A DNA stretch of 64,000 bases from a bacterium (GTDB lineage: Bacteria; Patescibacteriota; Minisyncoccia; Minisyncoccales; UBA1441): positions 11,878 through 75,877 of the forward strand of contig JAKQBO010000007.1 of NCBI GenBank assembly GCA_029559515.1. Direction: 5' to 3'. This document shows positions 10,239 to 18,528 of this stretch, one piece after another. A program made the translations under genes and the position numbers. The stretch's first letter is position 1. Each line of letters starts with the position of its first letter. Below the pieces are notes generated by a model. It was given only the letters and a program-made list of their open reading frames with translations. It had not been told where the DNA came from and ran no database searches.

Positions 10239-10697
10239 ATGGCTTCACGTCACCAGGCCCGCTCATTAGCCGTCCAAACGCTTTATCAGTGGGACTTTTA
10301 TGGTTTAGAGCCCAACCAGCAAGAACACTATAATGAGCAGGTGTTGAAAGGAGCTCAAGATCTTAAAGTTGACCAGGAGACAAAAGATTTCTGTCGCCAG
10401 TTGGTTTCTGGGGTAGCTCAGAATATTGCTGAGATTGATCAGGTGATTAAAAAATCAGCTCCAAAGTGGCCCCTAGAAAAAATGACTCTGGTGGATCGAA
10501 ATATCCTGAGGCTTGGTTTGTACGAATTACTTTACCTTGACCCGGAGCAGGTTCCACCTAGGGTGGCTATTAATGAGGCGATTGAACTGGGTAAAGATTT
10601 TGGCGGCTTGGCTTCGGGACATTTCATTAATGGAATTCTCGGCGCTGTATTTGAAGAAACTAAGAAGATTCGGGCTAATGACGGAAAAGCAGATTGA
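10239..10697 (+). CDS. nusB: transcription antitermination factor NusB
   Basis: [43 protein letters not shown]. Confidence 0.96.
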   Translation: MASRHQARSLAVQTLYQWDFYGLEPNQQEHYNEQVLKGAQDLKVDQETKDFCRQLVSGVAQNIAEIDQVIKKSAPKWPLEKMTLVDRNILRLGLYELLYLDPEQVPPRVAINEAIELGKDFGGLASGHFINGILGAVFEETKKIRANDGKAD

Positions 10698-11394
10698 ATC
10701 TCTTTATCAAGACAAATCATTTCATCAACTGGAGAAGTCCCTGGGAGTGTCGTTCCGGAGCAAGTCGAGCTTAATCCAGGCCTTTGTCCATCGTTCTTTT
10801 TTAAACGAACACCCAGATTTTCCTCTGGATAATAACGAGCGATTAGAGTTTTTGGGAGATGCGATCTTGGAGCTACTGGTGACTGAACATCTCTTCCGTC
10901 AGTATCACAATGCTGAAGGAGAGTTGACCCGATGGCGGGCGGCTTTAGTCAACACTAAGACGCTCTCCTCGGTGGCCGAGAAATTCAATTTTTCGAAATA
11001 TCTTTTTCTTTCTCGGGGGGAGGGGAGCCGGTCAGTCAGCCGCAGTCTAATGGCTGATACTCTTGAAGCTTTCATTGGCGCCGCTTATCTAGATCAAGGC
11101 ATGGCTGCGGTTCAGAAGTTTATCGAGCAACATATTCTGATTCTCTTGCCAGGGATTATCGAGTCGGTCTCTTATCTTGATGCCAAGTCAGAGCTACAAG
11201 AATTAATTCAGGCTGGGGGAGAAACAAGTCCAACTTATCGAGTCCTGGAAACCCAGGGACCGGATCATGATAAGCAGTTCAAAGTCGGTGTCTTCTTGGG
11301 CCAGAAAATGATTAGCTCGGGCACTGGTCACTCTAAGCAAGCCGCGGAGCAGATGGCGGCTGAGCAAGCATTAAAATTGTTAAAAAAATCATAA
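10678..11394 (+). CDS. rnc: ribonuclease III
   Basis: [10 protein letters not shown] signature, [10 protein letters not shown] and a dsRBD; start reassigned to ATG 10678. Confidence 0.96.
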   Translation: MTEKQIESLYQDKSFHQLEKSLGVSFRSKSSLIQAFVHRSFLNEHPDFPLDNNERLEFLGDAILELLVTEHLFRQYHNAEGELTRWRAALVNTKTLSSVAEKFNFSKYLFLSRGEGSRSVSRSLMADTLEAFIGAAYLDQGMAAVQKFIEQHILILLPGIIESVSYLDAKSELQELIQAGGETSPTYRVLETQGPDHDKQFKVGVFLGQKMISSGTGHSKQAAEQMAAEQALKLLKKS

Positions 11395-11395
11395 C

Positions 11396-11854
11396 ATGTT
11401 AAAAATTAGGTTTTTTAGAACGGGAAGAAAGAATCATCCCTTTTATCGTATTGTCGTTACAGACAGTCGTCAGGCTCCTCAGGGCGGGCGTTTTTTGGAG
11501 CGGGTGGGCTTCTTTGATCCTTTAACCAAAGAGCAGAAATTAGATGAAGAGCGTATTAAATATTGGCTCGGTGTTGGAGCTCAGCCGTCGCCTCGGGTTC
11601 ACAACTTATTAATCGACGCTAAGGTGATTCAGGGTGATAAGATAGATGTACTTAAGAAGAAGGTTGCTGCCGGCAGTAAAGCGGAGGCAACAGCTCAGCC
11701 GACTGAAAAACCAGCTGCCGAGAAGAAGCCTGAGTCGCAAGAAGCCGATAAGGCTGCTGAGGTGAATTCAGAACCTGCAGGCAATTTGGCTGAAGAGAAA
11801 AAGCCCACAGAAGAGACATCAGAACCGGAAAGAGAAGAAAAAGAAGAGAGTTGA
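11396..11854 (+). CDS. rpsP: 30S ribosomal protein S16 with a long low-complexity acidic tail
   Basis: MLKIRFFRTGRKNHPFYRIVV, YWLGVGAQPS; about 65-aa E/K/A/P-rich C-terminus. Confidence 0.96.
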   Translation: MLKIRFFRTGRKNHPFYRIVVTDSRQAPQGGRFLERVGFFDPLTKEQKLDEERIKYWLGVGAQPSPRVHNLLIDAKVIQGDKIDVLKKKVAAGSKAEATAQPTEKPAAEKKPESQEADKAAEVNSEPAGNLAEEKKPTEETSEPEREEKEES

Positions 11855-11900
11855 CAGTTTTTATAAATTGCATTAGAATTACCAGTGGTTGTTCTTGAAA
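11851..11900 (+). promoter_or_regulatory. sigma70 promoter of the 16S rRNA gene plus boxA-like element
   Basis: TTGACA(11851)-17 nt-TAGAAT(11874); GTTCTTGAAA at 11891 resembles rrn boxA. Confidence 0.8.
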
Positions 11901-12702
11901 ATAAAATAGTTAATTATTTAGAGTCGCTTTGAGCTTATTCTTTGTTGAGAGTTTGATCCTAGCTCAGGGTGAACGCTGGTGGTGTGGATAAGGCATGCAA
12001 GTCAAGGGGCTCCTTCGGGAGCACCGGCAAACGGGTTAGTAACACGTAGGTAACATGCCCCGTTCATGGAAATAACCCTGAGAAATCAGGGCTAATGTCC
12101 GATAGTCTTGATTGGCCAAATGGCTGATCAAGTAAAGGCTTCGGCCGGAACGGGATTGGCCTGCGTTCTATCAGCTAGTTGGTGGGGTAACGGCTCACCA
12201 AGGCTATGACGGATAGGGGGCATGAGAGTGTGTTCCCCAACAAAAGCACTGAGACACGGGCTTTACTCCTACGGGAGGCAGCAGTCGAGAATCTTCGGCA
12301 ATGGGCGAAAGCCTGACCGAGCGACACCACGTGACTGAAGAAGCTCTGCGGAGTGTAAAGGTCTTTTCACCGGGAAGAATCTTCGGATGACGGTACCGGT
12401 GGAATAAAGGGGGCCTAATTCTGTGCCAGCAGGCGCGGTAATTCAGAACCCCTGAGCGTTACCCGGATTTATTGGGCGTAAAGCGTCTGTAGGCGGCCAG
12501 GAAAGTTTTTGGTTAAAAACCGAGGGCTCAACCTTCGGAGTGCCAAAAATACTACTTGGCTAGAGGCTGTCAGAGGCCAGTGGAACTGATGGTGGAGGGG
12601 TGAAATCCGTCGATATCATCAGGAACGCCAAAGGCGAAGGCAACTGGCTGGGGCAGTCCTGACGCTCAGAGACGAAAGCGTGGGTAGCAAAAAGGATTAG
12701 AT

Positions 12703-13710
12703 ACGTAATTTTCAACCGAGGGTTATCCTTTATCCCGATGAAGTTGAAAGCCTCAAATTATTTTGAGGTCGTCAAGGTGTCCCCCTTAGCGGCAACGCTG
12801 AGGTGAGCATCTAGCTGTATCGGGGAACTCCGTCTTTGACGGACAATCCCGAGGGAAGTCATTTCGCTACTAGGCGAAATTGACCCCGTAGAGACTATGT
12901 AAGTAAGAAGATAGAAGATGAACAATTCATCTTTGTCGTCTCAATGGCGAGAAGTTGTACTAGGTTCTATTTTAGGAGATGGTTCTCTTAAGGTGCAAAA
13001 GGGTGATCATAATGCTCGATTTTCCTTTAAGCACTCTATTCATCAGGAAGAATATTTCCTTTGGAAGGCAAGCCTGCTAAAAGACATTTCTTCCGATAAG
13101 TGTCATTGGCATCAGAAAAAAGATGGATGGGGAGACCAAAAACTAAGATTTCAGAGCCTGGCCCTAGAAGAATTGACCGAGATCTATAATCTCACTCATA
13201 AAAGAGGGAGGCTTAAGATTCGGCGCAAATGGTTAAATCAGTTAACTCCTTTATCTTTAGCTGTTTGGTGGCTAGACGATGGTTCTATTATCGGCAATGG
13301 CCGACGAGGGGTCATCTGCACTGATTCATTCGATTATGAATCACAAAAGATTCTAGCCAGATATTTATTGGTTGTCTGGAAAGTCAAGACACACGTTGGT
13401 CGAGTTTCCAATAAATATCAAGGAACCAATAGAGAATACTATCGTCTCTGGTTCCGTTCGGCAGAAGAACTAAAGAAGTTTCTATGTATTATTCTGCCAT
13501 TTGTTAAAGTTTCTTCTATGTTGCCAAAAGTGTTACTTCTCTATAAAGAGTCGAACTTGCAACAACGCTGGATCTCTGAAGTTGTTCGATTGACTTCTTT
13601 TTCCAAGGCCGAGGTTGAGAAACACCTTAAGCTAAAAAAGGAAAAGTGGTCTTGCTTCAGAGAATGATATAGTCCGATCCTCGTAGTAATACGAGCTTAA
13701 AACTACAATG
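12703..13710 (+). mobile_element. group I intron in 16S after U793 (E. coli numbering), 1008 nt
   Basis: Removal restores GGATTAGAT|ACCCTTGTAGTCC; the exon ends in U and the intron ends in G; core motifs CCGAGGGAAG, CCCCGTAGAGACTA and GATATAGTCC. Confidence 0.92.
12918..13667 (+). CDS. intron-encoded double-motif LAGLIDADG homing endonuclease
   Basis: VVLGSILGDG and LAVWWLDDG motifs inside the S793 intron. Confidence 0.92.
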   Translation: MNNSSLSSQWREVVLGSILGDGSLKVQKGDHNARFSFKHSIHQEEYFLWKASLLKDISSDKCHWHQKKDGWGDQKLRFQSLALEELTEIYNLTHKRGRLKIRRKWLNQLTPLSLAVWWLDDGSIIGNGRRGVICTDSFDYESQKILARYLLVVWKVKTHVGRVSNKYQGTNREYYRLWFRSAEELKKFLCIILPFVKVSSMLPKVLLLYKESNLQQRWISEVVRLTSFSKAEVEKHLKLKKEKWSCFRE

Positions 13711-14557
13711 ACCCTTGTAGTCCACGCTGTAAACGATGAACACTAGCTATCGGAAGTGTCGACCCTTTCGGTGGCGAAGCTAACGCGTTAAGTGTTCCGC
13801 CTGGGAAGTACGGTCGCAAGACTAAAACTCAAAGGAATAGACGGGGACCCACACAAGCGGTGGATCATGTGGCTTAATTCGACACTAAGCGACGAACCTT
13901 ACCAGGGCTTGACATGCTAGTGAAGCCCGATGAAAGTCGGGTCTACCCGCAAGGGACGCTAGCACAGGTGTTGCATGGTTGTCGTCAGTTCGTGTTTTGA
14001 AATGTACCGTTAAGTCGGATAACGAACGCAACCCCTGTCCTATGTTTCACGTATCATAGGAGACTGCCTCGAACAACGAGGAGGAAGGTGGGGATGACGC
14101 CAAATCAGTATGGCCCTTTGATGCCCTGGGCTGCACACATGATACAATGGGGCTGACAATGCGTTTTGCCACGTCGTAAGACGGAGCTAATCGCCTAAAC
14201 AGCTCCCCAGTTCGGATTGAGGTCTGCAATTCGACCTCATGAAGCCGGAATCGCTAGTAATCGCCGATCAGCCATGCGGCGATGAATATGTTCCTGGGTC
14301 TTGTACTCACTGCCCATCAAGTCAGGAAAGTTAGCAATACCCGTAGTCTCTTCGTTCGAAGGGCCGAAGGTAGGGCTAATGATCAGGACTAAGTTGTAAC
14401 AAGGTACGCGTAGGGGAATCTGCGCGTGGAACAATATTTCTTTCAAGTTTGTCGACTAAGATTGAAATCTCAAATTTGGGTTTCAATCTTAAGGTCATAG
14501 CGGTTATCCTTTCTAGTCCGCTCTCAAAGCGACTCTAAATAGTTAACTATTCGATTT

Positions 14558-14581
14558 ATCTCGCTTCTTGCGGGATTTTTT
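14558..14581 (+). terminator. intrinsic terminator after the 16S unit
   Basis: ATCTCGC-ttctt-GCGGGAT followed by TTTTT. Confidence 0.7.
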
Positions 14582-14613
14582 GTGGTTGCTACAATTGATT
14601 AATTAGCTACGCC

Positions 14614-15543
14614 TTGGTGGACTTTGAATTCAATCAATCTAAAGAGGAGTGGGATGGATTTTTGGAGCAGCACGGCGGAACCTTTCTGCAATCTTACGAT
14701 TGGGGGGAGTTTCGAAAGGAATATCAGCGTGTTTGGCGAATAGCTGCCCGGGCCGAAGGCCAGATTAAGGGAGTTTGCCAGGTCATGGAAGAGAAGTCGC
14801 CTTTCGGCCATTACCTTTACATTCCTCACGGACCGATTGCTCCCGATGACAAAACCCGAAATGAACTATTTCGAAAAGCCGGGTCGCTCGTTGACTCTAG
14901 TTGCATTGCCATCAAGGCCGAACCGATTGAGCCACTTTCTCTGGGCTGGAAGAGCCGACATCGGATTCAGCCCCAACAGACCTTGATTTCTGAAATTAAA
15001 GCGACGGAGGAAGATATTTTAAAAGAGTTTGACGGCAAAGCCAGGTACAATGTCCGCCTGGCTCAGCGCCGGGGAGTGACCGTTGAAGAGAGCGACGACC
15101 TGAAGACTTTTTATGACTTAATGAGGCAAACTGCGGCCAGTCAGAATTTTAATACTTATCCTTATGAGTACTTTCAGAACCTGCTGCATTACTTAAACGC
15201 CTCGCTCTTTTTAGCTTATTATCAGCAGCAAGTAGTTGCTGGGACAATCGTCGTTTATTTCGGCCATAAAGTTACTTTCCTCCACTCGGCTTCGAATCAT
15301 AAATTTGGCCACCTCAAAGCCCCCTATTTAATCCGCTTTACAGTGGTGGCCGGAGCCCGGTCTAAGGGCGGCCAGTATTATGACAACTGGGGGATTAGTC
15401 AGCAAAGATTTCCCGGAGTAACTTCTTTTAAAAAAGGATTCGGCGGACAGGAATTTACCTACCCGCCCGGTCGAGAAATATCTTTAAAAAGGTTCCGTTT
15501 TCTGATTTACTATTTTTCTTATTGGTTTTTGAAAAAATATTAA
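14614..15543 (+). CDS. FemABX-family peptidoglycan bridge aminoacyltransferase
   Basis: TFLQSYDWGEFR, YIPHGP, KARYNVRLAQRRGV, YDNWGI, FKKGFGG. Confidence 0.9.
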   Translation: MVDFEFNQSKEEWDGFLEQHGGTFLQSYDWGEFRKEYQRVWRIAARAEGQIKGVCQVMEEKSPFGHYLYIPHGPIAPDDKTRNELFRKAGSLVDSSCIAIKAEPIEPLSLGWKSRHRIQPQQTLISEIKATEEDILKEFDGKARYNVRLAQRRGVTVEESDDLKTFYDLMRQTAASQNFNTYPYEYFQNLLHYLNASLFLAYYQQQVVAGTIVVYFGHKVTFLHSASNHKFGHLKAPYLIRFTVVAGARSKGGQYYDNWGISQQRFPGVTSFKKGFGGQEFTYPPGREISLKRFRFLIYYFSYWFLKKY

Positions 15544-15547
15544 TCTC

Positions 15548-15576
15548 TTGCGAGATCAAAGAGTTATTGTTACAAT
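15548..15576 (+). promoter_or_regulatory. promoter for the tRNA-Ile/tRNA-Ala pair
   Basis: TTGCGA-17 nt-TACAAT with extended TG, 10 nt before tRNA-Ile. Confidence 0.6.
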
Positions 15577-15586
15577 TATTTTGCTT

Positions 15587-15658
15587 GGGCGTGTGGCTCA
15601 GTGGTAGAGCGCTTCTCTGATAAAGAAGAGGTCGTAGGTTCAATTCCTACCACGCCCA
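15587..15658 (+). tRNA. tRNA-Ile(GAT), CCA not encoded
   Basis: Acceptor stem GGGCGTG/CACGCCC; anticodon arm CTTCT-CTGATAA-AGAAG; GGTTCAATTCC T arm. Confidence 0.97.
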
Positions 15659-15667
15659 CTTTTTTCA

Positions 15668-15740
15668 GGGCCCGTAGCTTAGTTGGCAGAGCGCCACATT
15701 TGCAATGTGGAGGTCGGGAGTTCGAATCTCCCCGGGTCCA
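15668..15740 (+). tRNA. tRNA-Ala(TGC), CCA not encoded
   Basis: Acceptor stem GGGCCCG/CGGGTCC with G3-U70; anticodon arm CCACA-TTTGCAA-TGTGG. Confidence 0.97.
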
Positions 15741-15800
15741 CAGCAGTTACTCTTCTGATTTACTATAATTGCTCCCCAGAGTTAACTTATAAAATAAATA

Positions 15801-16051
15801 TTGGGGAAGTTTGAATCAACCGAGGTCGCCGTCGGAAATTCAGGCGGGTTTTGCTTTGGCGTTCAAAGAGCCTTTCGGCTGGTTATGGATCAGGCTAATC
15901 GTTGTCAGCCAAGCTATTTTATCGACCATGAGACAGAGCTGAATCCGAATTGGCTAAAAGACAAAAAACGAATAGCTATTGTGGCCGGTGTTCTACTTTA
16001 GAAGAAACCGTTGCCAAAGTTGTTTCTAAAATTGATGATTTGACTGATTGA
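15801..16051 (+). pseudogene. ispH: ispH/lytB remnant with a large internal deletion and a frameshift
   Basis: N-terminal GFCFGVQRA is joined to the C-terminal ELNPNWLKDKKRIAIVAG; the continuation STLEETVAKVVSKI lies in a shifted frame. Confidence 0.75.
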
Positions 16052-16097
16052 TAAATCTCTGCGCGTCTGCTAAAATCACCTTAAGTATCAAATTATC

Positions 16098-16778
16098 ATG
16101 GAGGCTTTAAATTATAACCTAGATAATGTTATTGCCAGCGCCTGGTATAACTTTTTAGACCGGCTACCTTCCTTTTTCTTTATCCTGCTTTTATTCTGTT
16201 TAGGGTGTTTGTTGGCCATCTGGCTAGGACGCCTGACAACCAGGATTTTAAAGAAATTTCACATTGATGATATTTTCCAAAACAACAGCTGGAAAAAGGG
16301 ACTGGAGAAGACAGGCATTAAAATTAATCTTTCCGGAGCCACTGGCTTGATCGTCCGCTGGCTAATGATTGTTTTTTTCTTAGCTTTGGCTGCCGAGGCC
16401 TTGGGTTTAATGGGCGTGGCGGAATTCTTGATGATTGTTGTTCGCTGGCTACCGAACCTGTTGTTAGTTATTCTAATATTTATTATTGCCACTATTTTAG
16501 CTGATGCCGCTGGCAATATTATTCGTGTTTCTATTAACTGGATCGACGCCAGCTATGCCTTTGTTGCTGAAAAATTTGCTCGTTGGACTATTTGGGGGCT
16601 GGCTATTTTAATTGTGCTGAAGCAAATTGGCATTGCCCCCGAAATGATAGTTATTCTGTTTCAGGGATTAATTTTCTTCCTGGTTTTGTCTCTCGGCTTG
16701 GCTTTTGGTTTAGGCGGGAAAGAAATTGCTCAAGATTTTTTATACCGACTGAAGGATAAAATAAAAAAGGAGAAATGA
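16098..16778 (+). CDS. conserved TM-helix repeat membrane protein (MscS-associated/CmpX-like)
   Basis: Repeated LP..L...LI....G..LA helices, WLPNLLLVILIF, SLGLAFGLGGKEIA. Confidence 0.75.
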   Translation: MEALNYNLDNVIASAWYNFLDRLPSFFFILLLFCLGCLLAIWLGRLTTRILKKFHIDDIFQNNSWKKGLEKTGIKINLSGATGLIVRWLMIVFFLALAAEALGLMGVAEFLMIVVRWLPNLLLVILIFIIATILADAAGNIIRVSINWIDASYAFVAEKFARWTIWGLAILIVLKQIGIAPEMIVILFQGLIFFLVLSLGLAFGLGGKEIAQDFLYRLKDKIKKEK

Positions 16779-17152
16779 AAAAGATACTTTTAATTGAAGA
16801 CGAAGAACTTTTAGCTAAAATGTATCAAGAAAAATTCGAGCGAGCCGGGTTCAAGATTTTGCTTTCCCGGACAGCCGAAGAGGGGATAGAAGTGGCCAAA
16901 AAAGAGAGACCCGATCTTGTCATTTTGGATATCATTTTGCCCCACAATGACGGCCTGCATTTTTTAAGAAAAATCAGACAAGAAAAATCAGAAATTAAAG
17001 ATATTCCAGTGATTGCCTTTTCTAATTATGATAATCCTGAGACCAGAGGGGAAGCCCATACTCTGGGAGTTAACGAATACATTATTAAAGCTAATCACGA
17101 CCCAGAGGAAATTGTTTCCAAGATTCGCCAATATTTTTCTAATCAAGAATGA
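16775..17152 (+). CDS. single-domain response regulator receiver
   Basis: ILLIEDE, PDLVILDIILP..DG, IPVIAFS, YIIK. Confidence 0.92.
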   Translation: MKKILLIEDEELLAKMYQEKFERAGFKILLSRTAEEGIEVAKKERPDLVILDIILPHNDGLHFLRKIRQEKSEIKDIPVIAFSNYDNPETRGEAHTLGVNEYIIKANHDPEEIVSKIRQYFSNQE

Positions 17153-18528
17153 AAAGAACATTAATTGCCGAGACAGCTAACTGCTCCGGCCAGAAAATTA
17201 AACTCAACGGCTGGGTTAACAGCTACCGAGACCACGGCGGAGTTATTTTTATTGACCTCCGGGATCGGAGCGGCATAGTTCAGGTGGTCTGCTCCAAGGA
17301 GTTGCCCCAGATAGAATTAATTCGCCCAGAGTGGGTTTTAGAAGTCATTGGAGAGGTAAAGGACCGGCCGGCTAAAATGGTTAATGAAAAGATAGCTACC
17401 GGCCGAGTAGAAGTTAAGGCGGAGAGCGTAGCTGTTCTTAGTGCCGCTGAGATACCCCCTTTCGACCTAAAAGAAGACGGTTACCAGATCAATGAAGAGA
17501 TCAGGCTAAAGTATCGCTACCTTGATTTAAGACGGCCTCGCTTGCAGCGCAATTTAACCTATCGACATAAAGTCTTCAGTTTGATGCGCCAGATTTTGGA
17601 CGAGCAGGGCTTTCGTGAAGTTGACACTCCCATCTTGGCCCGGTCTACTCCCGAAGGAGCTCGAGATTTTGTTGTTCCGGCTCGCCAATATCCGGGCAGC
17701 TTTTATGCTTTGCCCCAAAGTCCCCAGCAATACAAGCAGATGTTAATGGTTGGAGGCCTGGAGCGCTACTTCCAGATTGCTCGATGCTTTCGTGATGAAG
17801 ATTTTCGGGCTGATCGCCAAGCTGAGTTTCTCCAGCTCGACTTAGAAATGTCGTTTGTCGAACAGGAAGATATTTTATCTTTAATAGAAAATCTTTTTCG
17901 CCAAGTAATTGAAAAAGTTTTTCCAGAAAAGAAAATCCAAAAATTTCCTTTTCCCCGCCTGCCCTATGATCAAGCGATGAAGGAATATAAAAGCGACCGA
18001 CCCGACTTAAGAAAAGATCAAGACCCCCAAGAACTAGCCTTTGCTTTCGTAGTTGATTTTCCTATGTTCGAAAAACAAACCGAAAGAAAGGGCTGGGCAC
18101 CAGTCCACCATCCTTTTACTCGTCCTCAGACCGATAGCATTGATCAGGTTAAGCAAAACCCGGGAGACATAAAGGCCTTCCAGTACGATCTGGTGTTAAA
18201 TGGGTCAGAGATTGGCGGAGGCAGCTTGAGAATCTACCGGCCAGATATGCTTCAGGCAGTGTTTCAAGTTCTGGGACACCAAGATGAAGAAATCAGAAAT
18301 AACTTCGGCCACTTGCTGGAGGCTTTCCAATACGGTGTTCCTCCTCATGGCGGCATCGCCATTGGGCTGGATCGTTTTCTTTCGATCGTTCTTGACGAAA
18401 AGAATATCCGCGAAGTAATTCCTTTTCCTAAAACTGAGGCGGGCCGGGAATTGATGACCGGAGCCCCGGCTCCAATTACGCCGGAACAGTTAAAAGAACT
18501 TAATCTAGAGTTTAAGAAGAAAAAATGA
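17149..18528 (+). CDS. aspS: aspartate--tRNA ligase (short form without GAD insertion, probably non-discriminating)
   Basis: RDHGGVIFIDLRD, STPEGARDF, ALPQSPQ, CFRDED, HHPFT, PPHGGIAIGLDR. Confidence 0.95.
   Translation: MKRTLIAETANCSGQKIKLNGWVNSYRDHGGVIFIDLRDRSGIVQVVCSKELPQIELIRPEWVLEVIGEVKDRPAKMVNEKIATGRVEVKAESVAVLSAAEIPPFDLKEDGYQINEEIRLKYRYLDLRRPRLQRNLTYRHKVFSLMRQILDEQGFREVDTPILARSTPEGARDFVVPARQYPGSFYALPQSPQQYKQMLMVGGLERYFQIARCFRDEDFRADRQAEFLQLDLEMSFVEQEDILSLIENLFRQVIEKVFPEKKIQKFPFPRLPYDQAMKEYKSDRPDLRKDQDPQELAFAFVVDFPMFEKQTERKGWAPVHHPFTRPQTDSIDQVKQNPGDIKAFQYDLVLNGSEIGGGSLRIYRPDMLQAVFQVLGHQDEEIRNNFGHLLEAFQYGVPPHGGIAIGLDRFLSIVLDEKNIREVIPFPKTEAGRELMTGAPAPITPEQLKELNLEFKKKK

Larger units (their letters stand above)
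11941..14441 (+). rRNA. rrs: 16S rRNA interrupted by a group I intron (12703-13710); ends approximate
   Basis: AGAGTTTGATCCTAGCTCAG, ACTCCTACGGGAGGCAGCAG, GTGCCAGCA, AAACTCAAAGGAAT, GTAACAAGGTA and the h45 GGAA loop. Confidence 0.99.
11905..14551 (+). repeat. 16S processing stem (inverted repeat arms 11905-11933 and 14523-14551)
   Basis: AATAGTTAATTATTTAGAGTCGCTTTGAG pairs with CTCAAAGCGACTCTAAATAGTTAACTATT over 29 bp with one G-U. Confidence 0.9.

Noticed and set aside
14047-14446. Short ORFs antisense to the 16S
   Set aside because: They lie within conserved rRNA sequence and are spurious
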